This document shows, piece by piece, positions 1 to 9,312 of a stretch of 64,000 nucleotides of DNA (the first letter of the stretch is position 1; each line of letters starts with the position of its first letter). Position numbers and translations under genes: made by a program. The notes beneath the pieces are model-generated. The model had not been told where the DNA came from, ran no database searches, and saw only the letters and a program-made list of their open reading frames with translations. The stretch comes from Candidatus Amesbacteria bacterium RIFCSPLOWO2_01_FULL_48_25 (GTDB taxonomy: Bacteria > Patescibacteriota > Microgenomatia > CAZETR01 > Amesbacteraceae): assembly GCA_001773695.1 (NCBI GenBank), contig MEXN01000001.1:41903-105902 (forward strand). Reading direction: 5' to 3'.

Positions 1-788
1 GACAAACCGGATGCTTCCCACAATTTCGGGTACATAGAAATACTGGTAAACCCCGGCAGGGTATTAATTTCATTAATCACCAATTGTCCGTCTGGCCGCA
101 TAAACATATCCACTCTCGCCATCCCACCGCACTCCAAAACCTTAAACGCTCTTATCGCCAATTTTTGTATCTCGGACACCTGTTCCTTGGTTAATCTCGC
201 GGGTATTTTCAATTCCGCTCCATTTTCATCAATATATTTCGCTTCATAATCATAAAATTCATGCCTCTTAGCAATTACTTCTCCAGGAATCGACGCAATC
301 GGATCATCGTTTCCTAATACACTAACCTCTAACTCTCTCCCCTTCACCTCCTCCTCAATTATCGCCTTCGTATCATATTTAAAAGCCTGCTTTAAGCTAA
401 CGACTAACGACTTCTGACTAGCCGCTTTGCTTACTCCAACTGACGATCCCATATTCACCGGCTTCACAAATACAGGATACTTCAGCATTAATCTCTTAAT
501 TAACTCAATATCTTTCACTACTTCAAATTTAGCCACCGGAATTCCTGATTGCATTAGAAGTCTTTTTTGCACATCCTTATCCATCCCGACAGCCGACCCC
601 AGCACACCCGCCCCAACATACGCCACATCCATCAGCTCCAACAGTCCTTGTAAACTCCCATCCTCGCCATACGTCCCATGAATAATCGGGAACACTACAT
701 CCAACTTCTCATCTTGTGGCACCAACGACTTATCGCCAGACGGCAAACTTTTCATTTCAGATCCGCTCGGTAACCATTTCTGGTCCAT
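1..788 (-). CDS. ddl: D-alanine--D-alanine ligase (runs off window start; C-terminus missing)
   Basis: Own translation of the minus strand from the ATG at 786-788 gives MDQKWLPSGSEMK...VVFPIIHGTYGEDGSLQGLLELMDVAYVGAGVLGSAVGMDKDVQKRLL...PVFVKPVNMGSSVGVS..., an ATP-grasp Ddl pattern. Not in the ORF track because there is no stop inside the window. The listed 427..681 + ORF is its antisense shadow. Confidence 0.8.
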   Translation of the reverse strand, partial: MDQKWLPSGSEMKSLPSGDKSLVPQDEKLDVVFPIIHGTYGEDGSLQGLLELMDVAYVGAGVLGSAVGMDKDVQKRLLMQSGIPVAKFEVVKDIELIKRLMLKYPVFVKPVNMGSSVGVSKAASQKSLVVSLKQAFKYDTKAIIEEEVKGRELEVSVLGNDDPIASIPGEVIAKRHEFYDYEAKYIDENGAELKIPARLTKEQVSEIQKLAIRAFKVLECGGMARVDMFMRPDGQLVINEINTLPGFTSISMYPKLWEASGL

Positions 789-968
789 TCGATGCCACCT
801 CCCATTCTTATCCACTCCCAGCAAACTAACCTCATATTTATTCTTATCCAGCGCCCGATAAATACTCGCCGCCGACCGCACACTCACTTCATGCTCCCCA
901 CTCCTCCCCCCAAACACCACCCCCACCCTGATTTTTCCCATGCCTGGTTATTATATAATGGCCGCACA

Positions 969-1991
969 ATGCCTCTTTCTTTAATCCGCCTCTGGCTCGG
1001 GCCTTTACCTAAAGAAGAAATTTTCCCCGAGAAAAAACCAAATTTTTTCCTCCACTGGTTCGTCCATCCCATCAAACGCCGCCTGGCCAAATATTATTTA
1101 TTACTCCTCCAGAAAACCTTCGGACTGACTGTTATTGGCATCACCGGCTCAGTCGGAAAAACCACCACCAAAAGAATGCTCCAAGCCATTCTTCCCAATT
1201 CAATAGCTACAGCAGACAACATTACTCCCACCTACAACATCCCCACTACGATTTTGCATACTCCTCCTTGGACCAAATATTTAATCTTAGAAATGGGCGT
1301 CGAATATATTGGCGATATGGACTTTTACCTCTGGCTCGCCCGCCCAGATATCGCCATCATCACCCCCATCAATCTCACCCACACTGTTTATCTCAAAAAC
1401 CTAAAAACCATAACCAACGAAAAAGAAAAAATCACCAAATATGCTAAACATATAATCACCTACAAAGACGTCAAAGCCACGGGGTACGAGGTCAACAAAG
1501 CCTTAGTTACAAAGGTCGCCCACCTCCTCGGTATTACACCCAACTTCTCGTCTTACGCCCCCGCGCCTCACAGGATGAATTTCATCAATCTCAAAAACGG
1601 CAGCATCTTAATAGACGACACTTACAACGCCAACCCCCTGGCCACCCAAGAAGCCTTAAAAACCCTGGTCAGAACTGCCACAAATCACAAAAAGACCCCA
1701 GTTTTTGTTTTTGCCCAAATGAACGAGCTAGGCCAGTATGAAAAGAGTGCCCACCAAAAAATTGGTTTAGAAATTAGAAAATTAGGAATTAGAAATTTAT
1801 TTTGTCTCGGCCCGGCAACGAAACATACAATCCAGTCCGCCGGCTTCGGCGAATACTGCAAAAATCAAGAAAATTTATACAAAGCATTAATGAAAATTGG
1901 GATTTTGGATTTGGGATTTGTGACTTTGATTAAGGGTTCCCGCTCCTGGCACCTGGAAAATTTAGTCGAGAAACTCATTTTTTCTCCATAA
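969..1991 (+). CDS. murF: UDP-MurNAc-tripeptide--D-Ala-D-Ala ligase (MurF-like Mur ligase); start codon uncertain
   Basis: The Mur ligase central and C-terminal domains are readable (GITGSVGKTTTKRML P-loop; DDTYNANP). The proposed start is the ATG at 969 (MPLSLIRL). The listed ORF begins at 792 with implausible residues. The gene is divergent from ddl. Confidence 0.7.
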   Translation: MPLSLIRLWLGPLPKEEIFPEKKPNFFLHWFVHPIKRRLAKYYLLLLQKTFGLTVIGITGSVGKTTTKRMLQAILPNSIATADNITPTYNIPTTILHTPPWTKYLILEMGVEYIGDMDFYLWLARPDIAIITPINLTHTVYLKNLKTITNEKEKITKYAKHIITYKDVKATGYEVNKALVTKVAHLLGITPNFSSYAPAPHRMNFINLKNGSILIDDTYNANPLATQEALKTLVRTATNHKKTPVFVFAQMNELGQYEKSAHQKIGLEIRKLGIRNLFCLGPATKHTIQSAGFGEYCKNQENLYKALMKIGILDLGFVTLIKGSRSWHLENLVEKLIFSP

Positions 1992-2217
1992 TAATTTTCT
2001 TTTTCAAACTCAAAATCTCCCTTTTCAGTTCCAATTTACGGACAAACCACAAATTGTGCTGGTCCATAACCAGTTTAGCTCCTTCATTCTCCCGATAATC
2101 ATCCCCCATGTCCGCCAAGGTTCTTTTTATCCTGATTTCCTCCGCTCCCACAGTCTCCAGCTGATGCAGCTCCCCCCTCAACTTTTTCAACTTTTCTTCT
2201 AATTCTTGCAATTTCAT
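1975..2217 (-). CDS. GreA-like N-terminal coiled-coil domain protein (80 aa; function uncertain)
   Basis: The coiled-coil segment with MGDDYRENEGAKL resembles the GreA/GreB N-terminal domain motif (GDLSENAEY). There is no C-terminal FKBP-like domain. Confidence 0.3.
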   Translation of the reverse strand: MKLQELEEKLKKLRGELHQLETVGAEEIRIKRTLADMGDDYRENEGAKLVMDQHNLWFVRKLELKREILSLKKKIIMEKK

Positions 2218-2302
2218 GTCGCAATTTTACTATCTAAATTTGACTTGCTTCAATCCCCGTGGTTCAATATAGAATGTAAGCTGTTGAATAACAGCTTTAG
2301 AG

Positions 2303-2340
2303 GGGTCTGGAGACCCGAACCACCTGCAGGTGGTTTTTTA
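2303..2340 (+). terminator. Intrinsic terminator-like hairpins followed by a T-run
   Basis: GGGTCTGGAGACCC then ACCACCTGCAGGTGGT followed by TTTTTT. It is oriented for the plus strand although no plus-strand gene is annotated in the preceding 300 nt. Confidence 0.35.
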
Positions 2341-2527
2341 AACCAAAACAATGGAAACTTTAAAATCCGGTACACCCAAGCCCGAAGCCAAAAAAAACTT
2401 TTTTGAATCTCTCCCCATAGTTGGAATCGCAATAAACTGGATCATCACTCGATATTACAAATACAAAGCCTCTCAATTCGCAAAATACAATCCCGGATTC
2501 ATCGAATACGCAGATCACCTCTAACTA

Positions 2528-3868
2528 CTACCCTGCTTTCGTCAAGCTTTCCAAAAACTCATCATTATTTTTGGTCTTCTTCATTTTATTTATAAGAAGC
2601 TCGGTTCTCTCTTCAGCATCCAGAAGATCCAGCATTCGCCGCAGCTGATTAATTTTATCCAATCTCTTCCCCAAAAGCTTTTCTTCACCTCTAGTTCCTG
2701 ATACCAACAAATTAAACGATGGGTACACTCTCCGGTCGGCCAGCTTTCGGTCCAGATGCAACTCCATATTCCCCGTTCCTTTGAATTCCTCATATATGAG
2801 GTCATCCATCCGTGATCCCGTATCAACAAGGCATGTCCCAATAATCGTCAAGCTTCCCGCCCCGTCAATATTCCGAGCAGCGCCGAAGGCCTTCTTAGCA
2901 GGATAAATAGCCTCAGCCGAAAATCCACCCGACAGCATCCTTCCCGACTGTCCTCCAATCAGGTTATATGCCCGCGCCAGACGGGTTATGGAGTCCAAAA
3001 GCACGAACACGTCACGCCCCATCTCCACCAACCTCTTGGCCCTCTCCAAAGCCAGCTCGGCAATTCGCACCTGCTCCAGAGGTGGCTCATCAAAATGTGA
3101 TGCCGCCACTTCGCCCTTTAGGTTTCGCGTAATCTCCGTTACCTCTTCCGGTCGCTCGCCAATTAGTACCGCCATCAAATGCATTTTGGGATAATTCTTA
3201 GTGATCCCCTCGGCAATTTCGCGCATCAGCCAGGTTTTACCAGCCTTGGGTTGGGCCACAATCAAGCCCCGCTGTCCCCGACCAATCGGAGCAATCAAAT
3301 CAATAATCCGAGTAGAAAGCGGTTCTGGCCCAGTCTCCAGTATCACTTGTTCGTCCGGAAATATTGCCGTCATGGAATCAAAATCCGGCCGGCCGAGAGC
3401 CTCCTCAGGCGTCATTCCATTAATTTTTTCCACTTTTAGTAGACCCCAATACCTTTCGTTTTCTTTAGGCGCCCTGGCCTGACCTCCCACCATATCCCCA
3501 GGCCGAAGCGAAAACCGCCTCACCTGCGACGATGAAATATATACATCTTTAGACGACGGGATCATTTTGGGCCGCAAATATCCATGCCCGTCCGGCGTCA
3601 CATCCAGAAATCCCTCCACATATTCTGTCGGCAATCCCGCATCCGGAATAACCCGATCATCAACCGTGCCATCAAATTGCCCATATACCTGCCTACTCAC
3701 CGGCCTGGCAGCCCTTGGCGCTACTCTCCCAATCACTCGTACTACTCCCGGCCGCATCATCGACCTAATACCCGATCCCCCTGCCACCATTGGCCGGTCA
3801 TCCATGTTACTTTCACTGGACTCACTAGTAGCACTAGCCACGCCAGACACTTTGTCGTCGTCAGACAT
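2528..3868 (-). CDS. rho: Transcription termination factor Rho
   Basis: LIVAQPKAGKTWLMREIA...LIGERPEEVTEITR matches the Rho P-loop and core, and an OB-fold region lies upstream of it. There is an N-terminal extension. Confidence 0.9.
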   Translation of the reverse strand: MSDDDKVSGVASATSESSESNMDDRPMVAGGSGIRSMMRPGVVRVIGRVAPRAARPVSRQVYGQFDGTVDDRVIPDAGLPTEYVEGFLDVTPDGHGYLRPKMIPSSKDVYISSSQVRRFSLRPGDMVGGQARAPKENERYWGLLKVEKINGMTPEEALGRPDFDSMTAIFPDEQVILETGPEPLSTRIIDLIAPIGRGQRGLIVAQPKAGKTWLMREIAEGITKNYPKMHLMAVLIGERPEEVTEITRNLKGEVAASHFDEPPLEQVRIAELALERAKRLVEMGRDVFVLLDSITRLARAYNLIGGQSGRMLSGGFSAEAIYPAKKAFGAARNIDGAGSLTIIGTCLVDTGSRMDDLIYEEFKGTGNMELHLDRKLADRRVYPSFNLLVSGTRGEEKLLGKRLDKINQLRRMLDLLDAEERTELLINKMKKTKNNDEFLESLTKAG

Positions 3869-3949
3869 ACCAAGAAAAATTTAGAGGTTAGTCACAAAAT
3901 TTATAAGGAGAAATCAAGATATTTCCAGACAAACAGAAGAACCTAGAGC

Positions 3950-4678
3950 CTAGTATATCATTACCCGCCTGGCTGTCAATACCAGCCTTTTCCAAGCCGT
4001 CCCAGGGGGCCAGCAGGTCTGCAAAACCAAAATCTCTTCCTCATCCTGCGGCTTCAAATATCTCGTATCACTAGACGCTAGACGCTGAACGCTAGACACT
4101 TTGTATATAAACAACTTGCCCTTGTAAACCAACTGGACTTCATCACCCAGTATCAACCTATCAAGCAAATAAAACACCGCATTATATCTAGCAAAGTCAA
4201 TGGGTTGTGCCGAATGGGCAAACAAAAACGTCGTCCCCTTCTCCCCCGGATGAGCCAATCCTTTGGCCTGCGCCACCCCCAGCTTCAAAGCCGTCAAGTA
4301 CTCCTTCTCGCTCCCGGCATCTACATTCTCAATAACTTTAGATACAGCACCAATTTTGGGAATATATACCGAAAAATTCTCGTCCGGCACTTCCCATTTT
4401 GGGACTTGTGATTTAATTATTGGAATTTCACTGAGACTGGTGACTTGAGGTTTGGGATTTACGAAGTATCTAAATTCTTCTTTCGCTAATGGCCCAAATA
4501 TCACTATCATCGCTATAACCCCATATCCCACCATAACTATTCCCACAGCTTTCAACCCTCTCCCGACATTCTTCAAAACTGTCACCCTCTTCCCAATATC
4601 CACCACCCCCACCGCCCCTTTTCCATAAACTACCCCTGACTTCATTTCCAAACTCGTCTGGCCAATTTTTGAAACCAT
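3950..4678 (-). CDS. Sortase-family transpeptidase (probable true start at the Met near 4645)
   Basis: N-terminal TM segment; FLFAHS (His), LVLQTCWPPG (TLxTC Cys motif) and a C-terminal RR are sortase catalytic signatures. Confidence 0.75.
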   Translation of the reverse strand: MVSKIGQTSLEMKSGVVYGKGAVGVVDIGKRVTVLKNVGRGLKAVGIVMVGYGVIAMIVIFGPLAKEEFRYFVNPKPQVTSLSEIPIIKSQVPKWEVPDENFSVYIPKIGAVSKVIENVDAGSEKEYLTALKLGVAQAKGLAHPGEKGTTFLFAHSAQPIDFARYNAVFYLLDRLILGDEVQLVYKGKLFIYKVSSVQRLASSDTRYLKPQDEEEILVLQTCWPPGTAWKRLVLTARRVMIY

Positions 4679-5373
4679 AATCCAAAAACCACTACCCCCA
4701 CTGCCTCAGCAACCAACCACCCGCCCCCTCCAGTTTTAGGGGTCTTTTGGGCTACCGGGGAAAGTGTCGCACTGGGACTAGCAACTCCCGTTGATCTTAT
4801 GGTAACAGTCGGTCTAACCGTAAGCGTAGGCACGACTGTTGGTCGGAGTGTTGGTGTAGGGGTAGTCACGGTTGGCCGTATACTGGGCACAAGAGTGGGT
4901 ATAGTCTGTCTCGCTGTTGGAGAAACCGTCGGAACCTGCGTCAGCGTTGGAACCGCAGTTTGGATCTCACCTCCCGTACACTCCCCCGAATACCACACCA
5001 TATAATCCTTCAAATTGGCCTCATTACAAGTCCACCCCCCCACCCGGCAATTTTTATCAAAAACATTTAATGATACTGTCTTCCCGCACGGTATACCCGC
5101 TAGACTTTGGGAACTTGCCCAAGTCTCATTGTCTCCACACTCGGTCAGCTTTCCGTCACACACCCACTTGGCTACAAAAAAACTAGTAGCCTCACATTCT
5201 CCATTTACCGGATCACATTCTCCCGAACACCTGTGGACGTTGGCAGCTACTCCGCTCCCGCACAAATTAGTGTACACCCCCGCCCCGTAAGTGAGTGCCG
5301 GCCGACTTGGCCATTTCATTCCAAATACCGCCAGTATTGCGGTCAGTAGTGCCACAATTTTCGTCCTGATCAT
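4642..5373 (-). CDS. Secreted Cys-rich surface protein with Thr/Pro linker and C-terminal sorting-signal-like tail; candidate sortase substrate
   Basis: Signal peptide; about 12 Cys in the N-terminal domain; PT-rich linker. The C-terminus reads ...KTPKTGGGG-WLVAEAVGVVVFGLWF-QKLARRVWK (motif, hydrophobic span, basic tail). It overlaps the sortase gene immediately downstream on the same strand. Confidence 0.6.
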   Translation of the reverse strand: MIRTKIVALLTAILAVFGMKWPSRPALTYGAGVYTNLCGSGVAANVHRCSGECDPVNGECEATSFFVAKWVCDGKLTECGDNETWASSQSLAGIPCGKTVSLNVFDKNCRVGGWTCNEANLKDYMVWYSGECTGGEIQTAVPTLTQVPTVSPTARQTIPTLVPSIRPTVTTPTPTLRPTVVPTLTVRPTVTIRSTGVASPSATLSPVAQKTPKTGGGGWLVAEAVGVVVFGLWFQKLARRVWK

Positions 5374-5586
5374 ACCGAAATCTCGTGGGCTGGACTGGGA
5401 AGTGGTAAGCCTGCCCTACTCACCACCCCCCAGTTCAACCCGCGATCCTCACTCCACCCTCCCCGTGGCTAATTTATCCAAAATACAGCCGTGATTAGTC
5501 CTTATTTTTTCTTGACAAGCTTGTTTTATAAATGATATCACCATATCAAGTGACAATCGCCAGATCTGTCCAGGCGGTTTCATCCT

Positions 5587-5646
5587 AAAAGAGCATTGCT
5601 ACTCGTGGTCCTCATTTCCAGCGATGGCGATGCTCTTTTTTATCCA
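5587..5646. terminator. Hairpin AAAAGAGCATTGC...GCGATGCTCTTTT with flanking A- and T-runs (bidirectional terminator candidate)
   Basis: A roughly 13-bp stem with a long loop lies immediately 3' of small ORF A. A partial copy of the 3' arm (GGCGATGCTCTTTTTTT) also follows small ORF B at 5930-5948. Confidence 0.35.
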
Positions 5647-5852
5647 TTTCTTACCTTAGACAAATCGTGAGCATTTAAAGCCGCTGCGGAAACAGCTCCC
5701 AAAAGAGCGAGGAGAACCGCTGATTGCATCTTGCTTGAATATTCCGGAAAGGCAATCATCAATCCTAGTAACCCCAACTCCTCAGCCACAAATAAGACAG
5801 CCAACCCAGCTCTAAGTTTCATTCTTTTTATTATTTCAGTTTTTTCAATCAT
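5640..5852 (-). CDS. Small hydrophobic protein, paralogue A (about 71 aa from MIEKTEI)
   Basis: Two predicted TM helices. It is similar to the neighbouring ORF (KLRAGLAVLFVAEE / KMQSAVLLALLGAVSAAAL versus VRLVAGVMLALSGVE / PMQIAGVGAGVVAGPAL). A conserved 23-nt box lies about 20 nt upstream. Confidence 0.4.
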   Translation of the reverse strand: MIEKTEIIKRMKLRAGLAVLFVAEELGLLGLMIAFPEYSSKMQSAVLLALLGAVSAAALNAHDLSKVRNG

Positions 5853-5948
5853 ATTAGAAACGTCACCTCCCCACACTCATCGAAACAACTCCCTTGATGC
5901 ACTCTAACTTTGAATTCAACTTTACTCATGGCGATGCTCTTTTTTTGT

Positions 5949-6143
5949 CTAAATAAAACTTTTTAACACCCACAGGGCCCGCAAAACTAACGCTGGACCG
6001 GCAACCACACCCGCTCCCACTCCCGCAATCTGCATTGGCACATTACCCGCGTCCGCCCCCCACCTCACCATTTCCACACCCGAAAGCGCCAGCATCACCC
6101 CCGCTACCAACCTAACGCTCGGACTTCTTCTCCACCAGCCCAT
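5949..6143 (-). CDS. Small hydrophobic protein, paralogue B (about 65 aa from MGWWRR)
   Basis: Paralogous to 5640..5852; it shares the same upstream box CCRCACTCATCGAAAYAACTCCC (plus-strand reading). Confidence 0.4.
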   Translation of the reverse strand: MGWWRRSPSVRLVAGVMLALSGVEMVRWGADAGNVPMQIAGVGAGVVAGPALVLRALWVLKSFI

Positions 6144-6471
6144 ATTATCTACCCGCACTCATCGAAATAACTCCCAGGTTTCTTTTCAGCATCTTTACTA
6201 GCTGCCCACGCATCGATACTCCCGCTACTACCCTCCGCCCCCTGCGAACACCCCTTCTACCAAACAACGCGAGCAGTTTTTGCATATCTTGCTACTCTTT
6301 AGGTCCTCAATCAGTAGTTTATCACCGCTTGTCAACCCAGTCAACCTATAGTCAACTCATCACTTACCTATAGTAATATTAATATGCAAAATAATCCCGA
6401 AACAAGGGCCGATGTGTATAAACCCAACTTCAAACTTCGGACTTCAAATTTCAAATTTTGAAAGTGGATAA

Positions 6472-7767
6472 CTAGTGCAAAAGTTTCTTAATCGCCGCCG
6501 CCACACTTTTACCCGATTCCGCCGAGGCCACCCTATACCCCAGTTTTTTCGCCTCTTTCACCCTCTTTTCCAGCCCCCCCACCTTCCTCACTTCCCCCAA
6601 CAAGCCCACCTCCCCAACCGCCGCGATATTACCCGAAAGCGGTTTATTCAAAAACGCCGAGGCCACCGCCAGACATATTGCCAAGTCCACCCCCCGGTCA
6701 GCCAGTCTAATTCCGCTCGTCACATTTACATAAATGTCACTTGTCTCTAGATGTAATCCCGCCCGGCGGGTCAAAACCGCCACCAACATCTGAATTCTTG
6801 CCAGATCTACCCCAGTAGTCACCCTGCGAGGCACCACCAACTGACTCGGAACCACAAGTGATTGTATTTCCACCAAAAGCGGCCGCCTTCCCTCCAAAAC
6901 CACCGACACCACGCTCCCCGCAACCCCTATCACTCTCTCCGAAAGCAAAATTTCCGATGGGTTATTCACTCCACTCATTCCCTTCTCAGTCATATCAAAT
7001 ACTCCCACTTCATCCGTCGGTCCGAACCGATTTTTTACCGCCCGTACTACCCGCAAACGTTGCCCCCTTTCGCCCTCAAACCACAGCACGCAATCTACCA
7101 TGTGCTCAAGTACCCGCGGACCGGCAATACTCCCTTCCTTCGTCACGTGCCCAATTAAAAACAATGGCTTTCCGCGACTTTTTGCACTCGTCGCCAACCG
7201 CAAAGCACACTCCCTTACTTGCCCTACCGACCCCGCCGTTCCAGTCAAATCCGACGTTGTCAATGTCTGAATAGAATCTACAATTATCACCTCCGGACCC
7301 ACCTCCTCGATCTTTGCCACAATTGCATCCGCATCTGTACTCTCCAACAACAAAATATCCCCCTTCCCTCCCAATCTCTTCACTCTCAAAGCAACCTGCG
7401 ATGCAGACTCTTCACCACAGACATATAGTACCCGATTCAATTTCAAAGCCACTTGCGTTAGTAACGTCGATTTGCCTATCCCCGGCTCCCCAGCGACCAA
7501 AACAACCATACCTGGCACCAATCCTCCCCCCAACACGCTATCCAATTCTCTTTCCCCAGTTTTGATTCTTTCATTTTCATCAACTTTAATTTCTGATAAC
7601 TTGTAAATTTTTGAATTGTAATTTTGATTTTTGACTTTTGAGTTTTGAGCTTGCGATACAACAGTCTCGACAAGACTGTTCCATGTATCGCAGCTAGGGC
7701 ATCTCCCCGCCCACTGACTCTGTGCATATCCGCACTGCTGGCACACAAACTGAGATCGAGATTTCAT
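6472..7767 (-). CDS. radA: DNA repair protein RadA/Sms
   Basis: N-terminal C4 zinc finger (CQQCGYAQSQWAGRCPSCDTWN), Walker A GEPGIGKSTLL, the RadA-specific KNRFG motif, and a Lon-like C-terminal domain. It carries an in-frame low-complexity insert (QNSKVKNQNYNSKIYK). Confidence 0.9.
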   Translation of the reverse strand: MKSRSQFVCQQCGYAQSQWAGRCPSCDTWNSLVETVVSQAQNSKVKNQNYNSKIYKLSEIKVDENERIKTGERELDSVLGGGLVPGMVVLVAGEPGIGKSTLLTQVALKLNRVLYVCGEESASQVALRVKRLGGKGDILLLESTDADAIVAKIEEVGPEVIIVDSIQTLTTSDLTGTAGSVGQVRECALRLATSAKSRGKPLFLIGHVTKEGSIAGPRVLEHMVDCVLWFEGERGQRLRVVRAVKNRFGPTDEVGVFDMTEKGMSGVNNPSEILLSERVIGVAGSVVSVVLEGRRPLLVEIQSLVVPSQLVVPRRVTTGVDLARIQMLVAVLTRRAGLHLETSDIYVNVTSGIRLADRGVDLAICLAVASAFLNKPLSGNIAAVGEVGLLGEVRKVGGLEKRVKEAKKLGYRVASAESGKSVAAAIKKLLH

Positions 7768-7775
7768 AAGGATCT

Positions 7776-8897
7776 CTATTTATACCCTACAGGCTTCTCG
7801 GAAAGTACCACTCCCAAGCTCAGACGCCTTTTATCCAAATCCACCGACTCAACAAACGTCTCAACGGCCTGCCCTTCAGAAAAGGCCATATCAGCAGGCA
7901 TTTTAGACGCATGAATTAGTCCCTCAATCCCCTTATCCAGTTTGACCAGCACCCCATAAGGAGCAATCTTAGTCACCACTCCCTTGTGCTTACTGTCCGT
8001 CTTATACTTTTTAGCCACCACCAGCCACGGGTCATCTGACAACCGCTTCATAGACAAGGCCAATTTCCCACTCTCTTCATCCGTCCCGATTACCTGCACT
8101 TTTACTACATCGCCATCCTTTAAGGCTTTATTTACATCATCAACTTTTTCCCAAGATATCTCGGAAATATGCACCAACCCTTCCAATTTTTCCTCCCCAT
8201 CCAAGCCAATCTCCACGAACGCTCCAAACGGTACTATTCCCACTACCCGACCCTCATAACTCCCACCCATCTTCACTTTAGACAACGACGCCTTCCGTTT
8301 ACCGATCTCTTCTTCCTCGGTCACCGCCTTCTCACTCATTACCAATCGGTTTTGTCCCCGGTCCACCTCCACTACCTTCACCGCAAACGTCCGGCCCACC
8401 AGTCCCGCCACATTTCCCTCCCACTCGCGGGACAGCTGAGACGCTGGCACAAATCCGTAAATACCCTCCACATCGACAAGTAGTCCCCCCCGTGTCGCTT
8501 CCCGACCCACCACACTTACCACGTCACCCTCCTCAAACGCCTTATCCATAGCTTTCCACCGGCTGTCGGTAACTGCCCGCTTGAGAGACAAGACCACCTG
8601 CCCCGAGTCTGACTCCGGCACCACCACCACTCCCGTAACAGTATCCCCCACTTTCAAAGCCTTCAAATAATCCCGGGACAAATCGTATTCCTGGTCCGAA
8701 ACCGTCGCTTCCGCTTTGCCTCCAATATCAATCGAAATCGCCCGCCCGGCAATAGCCACCACCCGGCCAGTTACCACACTTCCTCGCCTAAAGCCCTTTA
8801 TTTTATACCCCGTCGAAGCCAGTAGCTCCTCCATCGTGGAGGGTTCTCCACTACCAGACCCGGTTTTGACTTTTGACTTTTGACTTTTGACTTTCAA
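7776..8897 (-). CDS. rpsA: S1 RNA-binding domain protein (ribosomal protein S1-like, about 4 S1 repeats)
   Basis: Repeated S1 domain pattern (G.VV.G.V..I...GAFV.I). The N-terminal MKVKSQKSKVKT is encoded by a TTTTGAC tandem repeat; the true start may be MEELL near 8834. Confidence 0.7.
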   Translation of the reverse strand: MKVKSQKSKVKTGSGSGEPSTMEELLASTGYKIKGFRRGSVVTGRVVAIAGRAISIDIGGKAEATVSDQEYDLSRDYLKALKVGDTVTGVVVVPESDSGQVVLSLKRAVTDSRWKAMDKAFEEGDVVSVVGREATRGGLLVDVEGIYGFVPASQLSREWEGNVAGLVGRTFAVKVVEVDRGQNRLVMSEKAVTEEEEIGKRKASLSKVKMGGSYEGRVVGIVPFGAFVEIGLDGEEKLEGLVHISEISWEKVDDVNKALKDGDVVKVQVIGTDEESGKLALSMKRLSDDPWLVVAKKYKTDSKHKGVVTKIAPYGVLVKLDKGIEGLIHASKMPADMAFSEGQAVETFVESVDLDKRRLSLGVVLSEKPVGYK

Positions 8898-8900
8898 GCC
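8862..8900. repeat. TTTTGAC x4 tandem repeat inside the S1-protein coding region
   Basis: ggttttgacttttgacttttgacttttgactttc encodes KVKSQKSKVK. Confidence 0.8.
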
Positions 8901-8969
8901 TCATTTCCGCCTTTCTTTAAGAATTAAGCAATTATATATCAACTTCCAATTCAAGTCTAATCCTCCTTC

Positions 8970-8998
8970 TTGACATCCCAATCCCTCGCCCTATAAAT
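8970..8998 (+). promoter_or_regulatory. Sigma70-like promoter TTGACA-16-TATAAA, 6 nt before the ATG at 9004 (leaderless mRNA)
   Basis: TTGACA at 8970-8975 and TATAAA at 8992-8997. Confidence 0.5.
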
Positions 8999-9003
8999 CT
9001 CCC

Positions 9004-9312
9004 ATGTCCCGCGTCCGCAAAGAACAGTTAACCGACATGGCCCTGACCAACCTGATTCAAGACATCCAACATCTCAGTCCGGAATCAGACCTCCAAAAAC
9101 TGAAAGCCATGAGCCCTGAAGCCCTTGTCGCTTACCTTCTTAGCCTGGAACATGAACAAGGTCTCCCTGCCATTTCCCAACCTGAACCTCTAGATCAACA
9201 CCTAATCGAAACCGCCGAAAAGGGCGGCGACGGCCTTCTCCTCCCCCACCGCGCCGGCAGCCCCGAAGACCGGCGGTTCACCCACTCTCCCCAAAAACGA
9301 AAGAGGAATTAA
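9004..9312 (+). CDS. Hypothetical protein (102 aa)
   Basis: The ORF is immediately preceded by a near-consensus promoter. No recognisable domain. Confidence 0.35.
   Translation: MSRVRKEQLTDMALTNLIQDIQHLSPESDLQKLKAMSPEALVAYLLSLEHEQGLPAISQPEPLDQHLIETAEKGGDGLLLPHRAGSPEDRRFTHSPQKRKRN

Noticed and set aside
427-681. 84-aa plus-strand ORF at the window start
   Set aside because: It is antisense to the ddl gene, which extends off the window on the minus strand.
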